A stretch of DNA of 64,000 nucleotides from Mantamonas sphyraenae STR306 (Eukaryota; Protista; CRuMs). Position 1 is the first letter of the stretch; every line of letters starts with the position of its first letter. The DNA is taken from assembly GCA_026936335.1 (NCBI GenBank), contig JAPMXV010000004.1, positions 1 to 64,000 of the forward strand, written 5' to 3'. Position numbers and translations under genes: made by a program. This document shows positions 21,122 to 32,679 of this stretch, in pieces. Below the pieces are notes generated by a model, which worked only from the letters and a program-made list of their open reading frames with translations, was not told the DNA's origin and did not search any database.

Positions 21122-22385
21122 ATGGAAGACGCTCCGTTTTGGCTCCGCCTTCTCCTCGTGTTGGTGTTTGCCACGCTCACGGCTTCCTTCGTGGGCTACC
21201 AGGCGTTGCTGCCTGTGCTTGAGGCAAAGGGCATCTACGCATGGCTGTGCCCAGGTGGTGTCGGCGGTTGCAAGGAACAGACACTGCAACTGGGCTCCCT
21301 CTTCATCTACGGCGTCGTGTTTGCCAACCTCACCACTCTGCCCTGGTCCTTGTTCGTCAACAAGGTCGGTCCACGCGTCAGCTCGCTTGCAGCAGGTGCC
21401 TTCGCCGCAATTGCCTGCACCATGTTTGCCCTGGCCGGTCCTTCCACTGGGTGGATGTTCAAAGCATCCTTTGCCATTCTCGGTCTCGTCCCGGCGGGAT
21501 CTCTCTTCCCGGCAATATTCACCTTGCCTGCACAAAAACCGGATCATGCCGGCGCCATCACCGCCCTCCTCATCGCCATGTTCGACACCAGTGCAGGCGT
21601 GTTCCTCATCTTCCGTGCCACCTACGAATCCATGGGCGATTCTTTCTCCATTCAGTGGGCGTTCATCATCCTCGGCATCCTCATCATCGTCATGGGTGCT
21701 CTCGTTGTCCTTCGTCTCCTACCCGAAGGAACCCGAGTACGAGCCTGTGGGCGACGACAAGCAGGCTAGCCAGTGGGAACGCATCAAAGATGTGCTGAAA
21801 CAGCCTTTGTACTGGATCATTACTGCTTGGCTTGCCTGCTACATGCTCGCCAAGTATTTTTACGTGACCACCCTCACCAGCCAGTTCCAATCCATCGCCA
21901 CCAGCCAGGAACAAGTCGACACGGCAAATCTAGTCTTTAGCATCATGCTGCCTGTTTCCTTTGTCTTCTCCCCTCTCATCGGCTGGTTCACCGACGGCTC
22001 GATCGCCGAACGCTTTGGCAAACGTGTCTCTGTTCTCCTCCTCGCCTGCGCCACGCTGCTCATGTGTCTCTTTTCCATCATCAAAGTGATGTGGGTCCAA
22101 TATGCGATGATGGTCATGCTTGTCTGGACCCGCACCTGGGTCTTTGCCCTCTGCCCCACTCTCCTTGGCACCGCCTTCTCACCAGATCTCGGGCTCACCC
22201 TCTACGCAGGCATGCTGGTCATCGGCGCCACCGTGTCCACCATCCAGTACCCCCTCTTTGACTGGACGTTGTCTCAGTTGGCTGGGGACTTCACCATCCC
22301 CAACATCATCGTTTGCGGTGCCAGCGTCGCCTCAGGCATTGCTCTGTGGCTGACACTGCGCCAGAACCCGCAATACAACTTTTGA
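21122..22385 (+). CDS. MFS transporter (SLC43/FMP42-like); apparent +1 frameshift at ~21710
   Basis: GYQALLPVLEAKGIYAWLC...CKEQTLQL, KVGPR, ~12 TM segments split across two frames (21083-21769 and to 22385). Confidence 0.82.
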
Positions 22386-22448
22386 CCCGATGCTTTCTTT
22401 CTTTATCCTCTCCATCCTCCCATCCTCCCATCCTCTCCATCCCCTCCC

Positions 22449-23642
22449 TCACCCAGAGGACGACTTTTGCGCCTGACGCGCTTCGTTCCTCGCCTTCTGC
22501 TTCTGCTCTGCCCCCTTGACCAGTTCCTCCAGCTCACCCCGCTCCGCAAGTGTTTTGCACATGTTGATCAGGAACGGGATATAGTTGTGTTTGCGTCGGA
22601 TGTTCTCCTTCTTCCACCCGTCAAACTTGGCCTCCTCCGCCGCGATGCTCGCCTCCAGCTCTGCGATCTGTTCTGCGTACGCATCTTCGCCCTCCGCCTC
22701 GCTCAGGCTCTTCAGCTCCGCCAGCTGTTCTGTGTACACATCCACCCGGTTGCGAATCAGCGCCATCAGGTTGAAGCGGATCTCCCCCGAGTACCCGGCG
22801 ATCCGTTTCTCAATCGTCTCCTTTGCCAGAGACAGCCAGTCGTTGTTCTCCACATCCCCAACGCGGATCGGTCCCGCCTTCAGGCCGTCCAGCTCGTACA
22901 GTGCGTTGCCCACCGGCACAAAGCTGATAAAGTGGAACGCGTCGTCGTCCTTCGACGCGGGCTTCTCCTCCAGAACCACAGGTTCCGGACGCGAGAAGCT
23001 GTTGTGCACCTCCCGCAACATGTCGTTGTCCCCAATGGCCAGTCCGCGCGCCTGTGTCCCCGCCGCCCACGTCCCATTCCATCCCTTTGTGTCAGCCCTC
23101 CGCCTGCCCACACTGCCATTTCCCCACCTCGCCTCGAATTGGCTTGGGAGGGCACTCACCTCGTAGTCGTCCCCCAGCTCCAAGCACAGGTTCTTAAACT
23201 TCTCCAGCTTCTCCCCAATCTCAATCTCCTCGCAGTTCAGCAGGATCGACAGGATGGCCTGTGTCGCGCATGCATTGTTGATCACCTGTGCGCCGGAAAC
23301 CAGGCGGCGGAATCCCTGCGTCAGCTTCGCGCGCGCAAACACCGTCTCTGTTCACACTCTCCCGCCCTCCACACGCCCTTGCCCCCGCCCCTTTGTCCCT
23401 ATCTCCTTCCCTACCTGTCGTGCAAAGATGGCTGGGCTGTCCTCCGTCTCTGGTTTGCGCTCGTCGTTCTCCTGCTGCCACTTGAACAGAAAGATGAGCC
23501 CGTACACAGGCTTCATCTGCTCCAGCACCTCGTCGTCCAGCAGGTACAGCTCCTCCACCTGGCATCCCTGCACCCCAAACTTTTCGATCAGCTCCGTAAA
23601 CACGCCCGGGTCTGACTCGATCGTCGTCCAACTGCTGCTCAT
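22449..23642 (-). CDS. UCHL5: Ubiquitin C-terminal hydrolase UCH37/UCHL5, two introns
   Basis: [53 protein letters not shown]. Confidence 0.96.
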
Positions 23643-23754
23643 CCTCTGCGTTTCGTTTCTGCTCGGCGGCTGTGGGCGAGACCGCGCAGTCGCTCCTTCT
23701 CCGTCTGCCCCAACACATCTCCAACACCACACACCACACACCACCTTCTCAACC

Positions 23755-24975
23755 ATGCGCCGCAAGCCGTCCAGCAACGACTTTCAGATGATGATCAACG
23801 GCGGCGATCTGTCCGACGGCGGCAATAGCAGCGGCAAGGCAAGCGACAGCGAGTCCACTCGCCCCGCCAAGCCCATCCCTGCTTCTCCCGCGCCCCAGCG
23901 CGTCACAAAGACCGCCCATAGCGACACAGCCAACAACAACAACAACAATGGCAACAACGGCAACAACAACAACAACAGTACGTTCCCTCACATCGCCCCG
24001 TCTTGCCCTTTCCAGCCACTCCAGCCCAGCCCCCCGCTTCGTCCGTTGCCACGTCATTTTCCCCTCGGCCCCCATGCGCCCCGCTGACCCCGCCTCCTCT
24101 CATCCGCCACCTCCAGACGGTGCCCACAATCTCCTCTCGTCCATGGTCGGCAACTCATCTGGCGCACAGCTCGGCATTGCCATGGGCAGCACTCTTCTTG
24201 GGAATGCAAACCAGATGCTCCAGGATCCCAGCTCAGGTGTATGTTTTGCCATGCCCAACCCCATCCCCCACACTCTCTCCCCACTCTCTCACACCAACCC
24301 CCCCCCCCCCATCCCCCCCTCCGTCCCTCCCCACTTCAGCTCAATCGCTACGTAAACATGCACGGCATCAAGTACTATTTCAACGTGGACAACCAGTACG
24401 TCCTCAACAAACTCCGTCTCATCCTGTTCCCCTTCCGCAACACAACTTGGAAACGCAAGGCTGCCGAGGCCAGCGCAGACGCGCCCCGTTGGCTCGCCCC
24501 TCGCCACGACCTCAACGCACCCGACCTGTACATCCCCACCATGGCCTTTGTCACCTACGTCCTCCTCATCTCTGTCGTCCTCGGCCAGTCCGGCACCTTC
24601 CATCCGGCCCTCCTCGGCTCCACCTTTACAGCTGGCCTCATTGCCATGGGCCTCGAGATCGCCCTCTACAAGGCCGTCTTCTTTGTCCTCCAGGTCCACG
24701 CACCCATCCCACTCCTCGATCTCCTTGCCTACTCCGCCTACAAGTACGTCGGCATCGTTGTCAACATCAGCCTTGGCCTCCTCCTCGGCAGCATCGTCTA
24801 CTACGTTTCCCTCCTTGCCACAACCCTCAGCGTCGGTCTCTTTCTCAGCAAGACTCTCCAGGCCATCATTGTCGACGGTCCCAACCAACGCACACGTTCC
24901 TACCTCCTCTTTGGCATCATGCTCCTCCAGTTTCCCCTCGCCTGGTTCATGGGTGTCAGTGCAAGCCTCCTCTGA
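23755..24975 (+). CDS. YIF1: YIF1 family ER-Golgi protein, two introns
   Basis: [51 protein letters not shown]. Confidence 0.95.
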
Positions 24976-25026
24976 TCCCCTGATCCCAAATGAACCCTCG
25001 CCTCCCTTTCATTCCTTCCCTTCTCT

Positions 25027-26652
25027 TCACCTCGCTGCCGAACTGCGCCTCTGACTCGACCCGGCTGCTGCCGAATGCGGCCGCCTCGGCTTCCGCTCCC
25101 GCTTTGGCCTTCCGCCCGCTGCCAGCCTGTCCTGCACCCGCTCTTGCGTCGACCGTGTTGAATCTTTCGACCGCATCGATGAGGACGTTGACGGACGCAC
25201 CCGAGCTCCGCTTCCACCCCCCACCTGCGGCACCCACGCCTCGATCCCGTCCGAATTCTTCTTCTTCTTCGCCTTGCCCTTGCCCTTGCCCTCTGCCTTT
25301 CCCGCGTCCATCTCCTCCACCTCTTCCTCATCCACAACCTCATCCACCACATCCTGAAGAAACAAGTCCATGCGGCTGGTGCGCGGTGAATCCGTCCCGG
25401 CTTGTGTTGCAGCCATCATCACCTCCAACGTGTTCTGCTCCCGCGACGACTCCCGCAACAGCTGATCCAACACCCTCCGAGGCAAATTGGCCCCACTGCT
25501 TGCCAGTGAGCTGCTCTGGTCCAATTGCTGCAACCGGGCCAGCCGCTGGTCGATCTCTCTCAGCCGCTGCTTCTCCTGCCTCTCCTGCCGCTGCACTGTC
25601 AGCACGTCGTTCGCCGTGTTGCCCGAGTACGCCGATGGCAACGCTGTGAACCGTGTAATCACACTCTTGGACGGCGAATCCTCCGGCAATGGCTGGCTCA
25701 CAATGCTCTTGTCCTGCCACTCTTCCGCAGGCACCAGTCTCTGCAGCCTGGCCTCAATTTCCACCAGCCGTTCGTGTTGCTCTGCTGTCAATCCATACAA
25801 TCCAATGCTCTGGTCCGCTGCATCCTTCAGCTTTGGATCCACCAGCGTGAACCCGCTCACCGTCGACGTGTTTGTTGCCTCGCTCGCCACACTCCTTGCA
25901 TCCGACCCCACCAGAGATGCCTCGCTTGTGCGTGCCAACACCATGTCAAACACTCTGTCGTCCACCCGCAGCAATTCCTCAATCCGACGCAACTCCGCTC
26001 GTGTCAGCTGGTCCGCCGCTCGTGTCGCTCGCGTTCCGGCAATCTCCACGTTCCGCTTCACAAAATCCTTCTTTGACGCCGACGACGACGCAGACGACGT
26101 GCTCTTTTCGCTCCGTGCGCTCGATGGCCTCTCTCGACGTGTCCGTCCGCTCTTGCTGCTGCTTCCGCCCTTTGCGCTCGCGGGCCGTTTCTTCTTGGCG
26201 GGCGTTCCCTTGTTCCTGCTCCCACTCGACGACCCGACCATTTCCGGGTCCAGCTGTGCCAGTCGTGCGTCCAATGCCTCAATAGCCTCCATTCCCTCCT
26301 GATACCGTGATTCTGCCTCCATGTCCTCCTTCGCTTCAGACGTTCCCAGGTTCCGCGACCAGAACGCCATCGCCCCGCCAGGCTGCACCTCTGCCGCCCA
26401 CCTCTCCTCGAAATCCTCCGGAAACTCCACCAGTGGCTCCCCGTCCTCGTCATTCTTTGTGCGAAGCGACTCTACAAACGCTTGCAATTCAGACCGCCGG
26501 CTGTCCTGCGCCGCCTGGTAGTTGTCAAGAATGCTCACCACGCTCTCCTCATCCTCCTCACGCTGCCGAGTCCACGCCTGCTCCCTGTCCTCCAGCTGAT
26601 CCAACGCCTCCTGCGTCAGTTCCGTCAAAAACATCGACGACGACGACGACAT
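25027..26652 (-). CDS. FSIP1-like coiled-coil protein
   Basis: KDFVKRNVEIA, RLVEIEARLQRL and RLREIDQRLARL resemble recalled FSIP1 blocks; start uncertain (26652 or 26703). Confidence 0.6.
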   Translation of the reverse strand: MSSSSSMFLTELTQEALDQLEDREQAWTRQREEDEESVVSILDNYQAAQDSRRSELQAFVESLRTKNDEDGEPLVEFPEDFEERWAAEVQPGGAMAFWSRNLGTSEAKEDMEAESRYQEGMEAIEALDARLAQLDPEMVGSSSGSRNKGTPAKKKRPASAKGGSSSKSGRTRRERPSSARSEKSTSSASSSASKKDFVKRNVEIAGTRATRAADQLTRAELRRIEELLRVDDRVFDMVLARTSEASLVGSDARSVASEATNTSTVSGFTLVDPKLKDAADQSIGLYGLTAEQHERLVEIEARLQRLVPAEEWQDKSIVSQPLPEDSPSKSVITRFTALPSAYSGNTANDVLTVQRQERQEKQRLREIDQRLARLQQLDQSSSLASSGANLPRRVLDQLLRESSREQNTLEVMMAATQAGTDSPRTSRMDLFLQDVVDEVVDEEEVEEMDAGKAEGKGKGKAKKKKNSDGIEAWVPQVGGGSGARVRPSTSSSMRSKDSTRSTQERVQDRLAAGGRPKRERKPRRPHSAAAGSSQRRSSAAR

Positions 26653-26723
26653 GTCCTTCCTTTTGCCCAGCACGCGCCCACCCAGCACATCCCCCTTCAA
26701 CACATTCCATCACACCTCCATCC

Positions 26724-27395
26724 ATGAGCCGATCCAACGCATCTCTCGACGATTGGAGCCCCGAACGCAACGTCGTTCTCGTCCACATGAGCAGGAGTCC
26801 ATGGTGGCCCGCCGTGCGTTGGAGTCCCGACGCTGCCCCGCCTTCTGTCCGCCGTCTCTTTTCACAGTCCTCCGGCACCGTCCACATCTACCGTTTCTTC
26901 CAATCCCTCGACTATGCTGTCGTCAAACCATCCCAGACCTGTGAATATTCCAAGGAGAACCTCGACAAACTCATCACACCCACCCAGCTCAAGCGCAAGG
27001 GCCTCCAGCGAGCCATCCAACATGCAAACGACTTTCTCGCTGGCTCCTGGTCCTTTCCCATCGTCGTGTACACTGGCGCCTCCTCCAAAGACAGCTCCCC
27101 TCCAAAGCCACCCTCCGCAAAGACTTCCAGCGCCAAAAGCACCTCCACCGCCTCAAAGACGACCATCACCAACAGCAGAACCAAGACCACCGCCTCCAAA
27201 CCCTCCACCAAAAAGACAAAGCGCGAGTGGCATCTCACCTTGTACCCCATGGCCCGCGACGACATGTCCTGGGCCGCCAAGCAGCAGCTTCCTGATCACA
27301 AGCGCCAACGCCTCGCCCGCACTTCTGACGACGCCGTACAAAGGAGGCAACGCGTCCAGCAGAAGCTCGCCCTATGGACACGAGGAGGATACTGA
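26724..27395 (+). CDS. PWWP-domain protein
   Basis: VLVHMSRSPWWPAVRW...YRFFQSLDYAVV followed by a basic low-complexity tail. Confidence 0.85.
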   Translation: MSRSNASLDDWSPERNVVLVHMSRSPWWPAVRWSPDAAPPSVRRLFSQSSGTVHIYRFFQSLDYAVVKPSQTCEYSKENLDKLITPTQLKRKGLQRAIQHANDFLAGSWSFPIVVYTGASSKDSSPPKPPSAKTSSAKSTSTASKTTITNSRTKTTASKPSTKKTKREWHLTLYPMARDDMSWAAKQQLPDHKRQRLARTSDDAVQRRQRVQQKLALWTRGGY

Positions 27396-27412
27396 TGCAC
27401 ACCCGCTTTCAT

Positions 27413-28594
27413 TCATGTATCCCTCTCAGCAAGCACTTGAAACAACTCTTCCTCCTCCTCCTCCTCCTCCTCCTCTTCCTCCTCCCCCAGCCGCACACGA
27501 GCATACGCATCCTCCCGCTCCCGCATCAGCAACCGCTCTCGTTCCTCCTGCGTCCCGTCTGCACCTCCCCTGCCTGCCGTCTTGCCCGTGTTGTACAGGT
27601 AGATGGAGATCGACACAATCACTGCCGCCAGGTCAAACTGCAGCGTAATGGTGTGACCAAACGCCAGCCAGCTCACTGCAGCCGTGAAAAAGATGGCCAC
27701 ACCCGATGCAAACACCTTGACGATGTTGTTCAGGTGCTTGATGACCAGTGCCGTCACCAACCCCAGCACCACCTGGTTGCCCAGAACCAGCCACACGGGG
27801 CCCCGGAAGCCGTCCAGGAAGCCCCGTTCGTTGAGACGGTCGAAATCTGTAAATGCGAGTGCCAATGTGTTGAAGAACACCCCCCATGAGGCCAGCAGCA
27901 CGTTCTGGAACCAGATGCTGTCCTCGCGCCGCCGTTTCATCAACAGTTCCGTAAACACGCCCGAGAAACCACTTAGCGTGGTCATCACAAGCACCAACAG
28001 CCATCCCCACCCATTAAACGTGGCCACAGCCGTTTCTGTGTGTGACACCGCACGTGTACCGCAGTGGCCCGCCGGTAGCTGCGAAACCATCACCCCCGTG
28101 CACAGCAGCGCCATGGCGCTCCATTGGATCTGCGACAGATGGCGCTTCAGAATCACTCGTGACAACACGCCAATCGAGATGATGCGCAGATTCGACAGGA
28201 TCTGCACCGTCGACGGGTCAAAGTGGGTCAAGAGCAGATACACCAAGTTGTTGTCAACCACGTAGATCAAGCCCGGCACAGCATACTTGGCATACTCCAC
28301 CCGATCAAAGTGCACCCTTGGCCGGTGCTTCGAACCCACTGGGTGCCGACGCAGCAGCAGCAACAGTATCACCAACGACACAAGACCTTTCAGCACCTCG
28401 CTCAGCAGCGTCACGCTGATGAACATGTACTCGTAGCTTCCGTTCACCTTGCTGTTCTCCACAAGCAGTGCCTGCGAGCTGTCCACCACCGTCAACATGG
28501 CCACCGCCGCAGCATCGGCTGCCCGTTGGCCCACCATCCCTGTTCGACTTGCCACACCCTGCGCCGCCGCAATTGCAAATAGCATGAATTGCAT
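27413..28594 (-). CDS. Nucleotide-sugar transporter (SLC35A/CMP-sialic acid-like)
   Basis: YAVPGLIYVVDNNL, QILSNLRI, SGFSGVFTELLMK, IKHLNNIVKVFA. Confidence 0.93.
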   Translation of the reverse strand: MQFMLFAIAAAQGVASRTGMVGQRAADAAAVAMLTVVDSSQALLVENSKVNGSYEYMFISVTLLSEVLKGLVSLVILLLLLRRHPVGSKHRPRVHFDRVEYAKYAVPGLIYVVDNNLVYLLLTHFDPSTVQILSNLRIISIGVLSRVILKRHLSQIQWSAMALLCTGVMVSQLPAGHCGTRAVSHTETAVATFNGWGWLLVLVMTTLSGFSGVFTELLMKRRREDSIWFQNVLLASWGVFFNTLALAFTDFDRLNERGFLDGFRGPVWLVLGNQVVLGLVTALVIKHLNNIVKVFASGVAIFFTAAVSWLAFGHTITLQFDLAAVIVSISIYLYNTGKTAGRGGADGTQEERERLLMREREDAYARVRLGEEEEEEEEEEEEELFQVLAERDT

Positions 28595-28666
28595 GTCCTC
28601 TCCGTGCCCACCATGTCTGCAACTTCACATTCTCCTCTACATTTGCCTTGCCGATCCCTCCAAAAC

Positions 28667-31600
28667 TCACGCATCGTCCTTGAAAAACACTCGCGCTCCC
28701 GTAAACGAAAAGTACAGCAGCTCCAGCTCTTGCTCAAAGCTCTGCAGCTTGCGCAGCGTCAGACGCAGCGACTGCACGCTCTCGTCCTCGCCTCGCTTCT
28801 TCTTTTGGATCGTTTCGTTGTGCTTGGCCTGCTCGCTCTCGTAGCGCTCATGCACGCTGTCGAACCAGTGCAGCGAGTCAAACAGGTCGTTCTGGTCCAG
28901 CAGCTTCAGGATGTACGCCACACCAATAGCAAACCCGTCGTCCGTGAACGACGCCTCCTTGCCCTTCTTGGTCAGCTTCTCCTTCTCCACCAGCATGTGT
29001 GCGCAGTAGTTGATTGTCAGCGGCGGCACAATGATGTAGAACGCGTGCATGTGCTTGTTCTTCACGTCTCGGAACGACGATGCAAACACATTCACAAGCT
29101 TCTTCAGGTACTCTGTTCCCTCGCTGAAGTTCTCCGACAGGTTCTGGATGATGCTGTCCAGGTTCTCCGCCGCCTGCACCGTTCGTTCGCTCAGGCCCGC
29201 CGACGACGACGACTCTCCAAACGACGCCAGCTTCTTCAGATCCGGCACAAACCGGATGGCATTGGCACAGTAGTGCAGACCGCCTGCGCGGATCATGCGA
29301 ATGTAGCCCAGTGTGTTGCCAATCTCCGTGATCAGGATGCGGAACTGGTCCAGGAACGACAGGCCGTCGTCCGTCACACCCAGCTTGCGGATCTCCTTGT
29401 TGAATTTCTCCGCACGCTCAAAAGGATACTGGTTGTTCAGCTCCTCCTTGTGGTTGCGGTAGAACTTGATGTCGTTCAGCAGACGCGACTTGATCTGGTC
29501 GTCAAACAGAAACTGCGAAAAGATGACAAACTTCTGGCGCAGGAAGTGGAACGTAAAGTTCACCGTCGTGTTCATGATACCCGTGCCGTGCGTGCGGATG
29601 CTGTTGGCAATGTGGCGGATGTTGATCGTGTGCAGGTGCTTGTTGTCCGACTCCCGCTCAATGAAGATCTGGTTGTTCAGGTTGTAGTTGTACCGCGACA
29701 CAAAGATGTGAATGTTGCGCATGATTTCCAGCACGTCCAGTCCCTGCTCCAGCGTCGCTCCGGGCAGAAACACCTCGGCCAGCTTCAGGCCGTACTTTTC
29801 CAGCGCCAGGTTGCGCATCTCCTCGTACGTCTTCCAGTCCTGCGGCGTCAGTGTGGTCAGATTGTAGAACGTCGTGTCCAGGTAGTGTGTCACCTGGCCC
29901 TTGATGTCCAGCCAGCGATCAAAGAACGGCAGCGGCCGAATGCGCAGAAACTGCGTCAGGTCCTTCATGCCGTTCTGGTACGGGTTGCGCTCGCTCACCT
30001 GCAAGTGCGAGTGGATGTGCAGGCGCAGGTCCGTCTCGATGTCCATGCACAGCGGCTTGACAATCGTGTCCTCGATCATGGTTTCCAGTGTTTCGATGTA
30101 GCGGTTGAGCAGGTCGTGCGGCGACTCGCAGTGCTGCACTCCCTTGAGCACAGGCACGGGGTCACGCAGTGCAGTCACAAGGTACGTCAGGTTGGACGCC
30201 TTGGACGGCCGCTCGTAGATGTCTGCAAACATCGCCGGGTACATGTCCCTGCTCCAGTACATGAAGCTTGTGTCGCACGCCGTGTGCATCAGCATCTGCA
30301 GATCCGACAGAAAGTCCAGCTTGGTGATCTGCTGGTACAGTGCCTCCCACTCCACGTCGCGGAACAGGCCGTGTGGACGCAGCACCTCCAGGGCAAGCTG
30401 CAGGATGTTGCGTCGCTGGTGTGTCAGTGCACCACTGAGCATGTGCAAGGCTACCTGTGCTGCACTCAGGGCGTCTGCCTTGGCGTCGGTCATCTTGCGG
30501 CCACCCGACAGCTTCTCCTTGGCCACGCCAAAGGCGTGCTGCAGATCGATGCTCAGCTGCTGGATCATGTACGACAGGTTGTTGGCAATGACGTTGGAGC
30601 GCCTGTGGTATGTAAACTCGATGGCCTTGAGCGTCTGCATGAGCTCTGCGATGCAGCGCACGTGCGAAGAAAAGAAGGGCGCCTCCATGGCCTGGTGCAT
30701 AAACACCATGCTCTTGAGCAGGTTCAGGATCTGGTTAGCCAACACCACGCCCTGGATGAACAGGGACATGCGCGTGATGAGGATGTCACGCACGTCCTCG
30801 TCTGTGCTCAGGTTGGATTCCATGCGCACCATCCACGTGGCCGTACGCACGTACAGCTCGTTTGTGTCCTTGGCAAAGTTGCTGTCCAGGCTCTTGATCA
30901 GTTCTTTGTGGAAGGCGCTGGTCTTTGTGTTGCTCAGGGTTTTCACCATGGCCGGCACGCGGTTCTTGAGAAACTCTGCAGGCAACCAGATGGCCGAGCC
31001 GTACAGGTGCACCAGAGGCACCTGCTTGTACATGTCCCACAGCGCACGGAAGTACTTCTTGTCTTCTTTGTTGCGGTACAGTTGGTAGTAGAACACATAC
31101 AGGCCGCAGAAGCCCACAAACTGGCGCCGCTCGTCGGTTTCGCTCGTGTCGCCGATCTTGGCGGCAAACTCCTGCAGCAGGTGCTGCAGGCAAAACTTAA
31201 ACTCGTTGTGCAGGACTTGGTTGCTGCGCACATCCACGAGGCCATAGTGGTCGTACTCTTGCTCCACACACGTCTGGAAGATCATGTTGCACAGCAGCTC
31301 GCCCTCCACCTTGAGCACGTACTTTTCCATCTGCCTCATGACGTCGTCATCGACATCGTACCGCGACGGCTCCAGTTTGATCGACTTCATCATGCGCTTG
31401 TAGTGAGCCCACTGCGTTTGCAGATGGTAGTTCTGTGCAATGACCTCGTCCAGCGTGATCAAAATGGTAAACGCGTGCGCAATGGCCTTGAAGCAGCTCA
31501 CAAAGTGGACGCCTGTACAGCCAGTGGACACGGGAGGTGCGTACACACGCCAGTGTGAGGGGGAGGACATGCGGCGGGGAAGTGTGTATGTGGCGGCAGA

Positions 31601-32481
31601 CGGGCAGCGTGTGAGCGGATGCAGCTGGAATTCGCCCGGAACAGCGCGGCCGAACCAGCGCGTGGATGTGTGAAATGTGGCCCCCCGAAAACCTACCTTT
31701 GAAGCTGGCCTTGTACAGGCGCTGGTCGACATGAAAGAGCGACGCCAGCTGACGCACGAGATTGCGCACCACGTCGTAGATGCGCTCCACATACTCGCTG
31801 AGATGCATAAAGAAGGGCATCATGCGGCCAATCTCAAGCTGCACGTCGCCCTCGTGCACCGTTTCGCCTTCCAGGCGCTCGCCAAACATGGCCAGCACGG
31901 GATACAGTTCGTTCTCGGCCTGTGTGCATGTGCACATGCGTCACGTGCGCGGTGCAGTCCTCGTGTAAGTCTGTCTGTGCACTGCGCCGTGCTCGGCCTC
32001 GCACCCTCGCAGCGCCAGCAAGAGGACAAGAAGAGGGCTTTTTGGCTACAGCCCTCGAACGACACGTACCTCGTTTTCCAGCTCATGCACCTCCATCATG
32101 AGCGAGCTGAGCACGTGGATGATCTTGTTGAACACGCGGTTGGTGGTGCGCACCAGTTCAAACACGTTGGTCTGCTCGTACGCCTGCACCTCGAGGGCAA
32201 TGGGGTCGCACGTCGCATCCCAGATTTCGCTCAGCGACTCGTTCAGCTCCTCCTCGATGCCCACCAGCTTCTGCGAGTACTCGTCGGCAAACTTGATCAG
32301 CTTGCGCTCCTGGATCTTGGTCACCTTTTGACCTGTGCATGGTGTGTCAGACCGCTGAGCGCTGTACTCGTGCCAACGTTGGCCCGCACTCTCTCCTCCC
32401 CTTACGTGTTGTTCCATCGTCAAACTCGTCGTACACATACTCGTCCGCATTGCTGCTGCTGCTGCTGCTGCTGCTGCTCAT
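28667..32481 (-). CDS. WASHC4: WASH complex subunit 4 (SWIP), three introns
   Basis: TLEQGLDVLEIMRNIHIFVSRYNYNLNNQIFIE, IRTHGTGIMNTTVNF, FTDDGFAIGVAYILKLL; exons join via GT-AG introns. Confidence 0.96.
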
Positions 32482-32585
32482 GGCGGACCTGAGGAAAAGG
32501 ACGTGTGTGGCTGGTCTGGGCCTGCCCGCGCAGCAGGAAACAATCCAATCCAATGCAATGGTCCATTCCATTCACTTCTCACTTC

Positions 32586-32647
32586 TCACAACTCTGCCTC
32601 CTCATCACCCTCCTCACCTGCACCTGCGCTGCTGCTGCTCGATGAAC

Positions 32648-32679
<32 letters not shown>
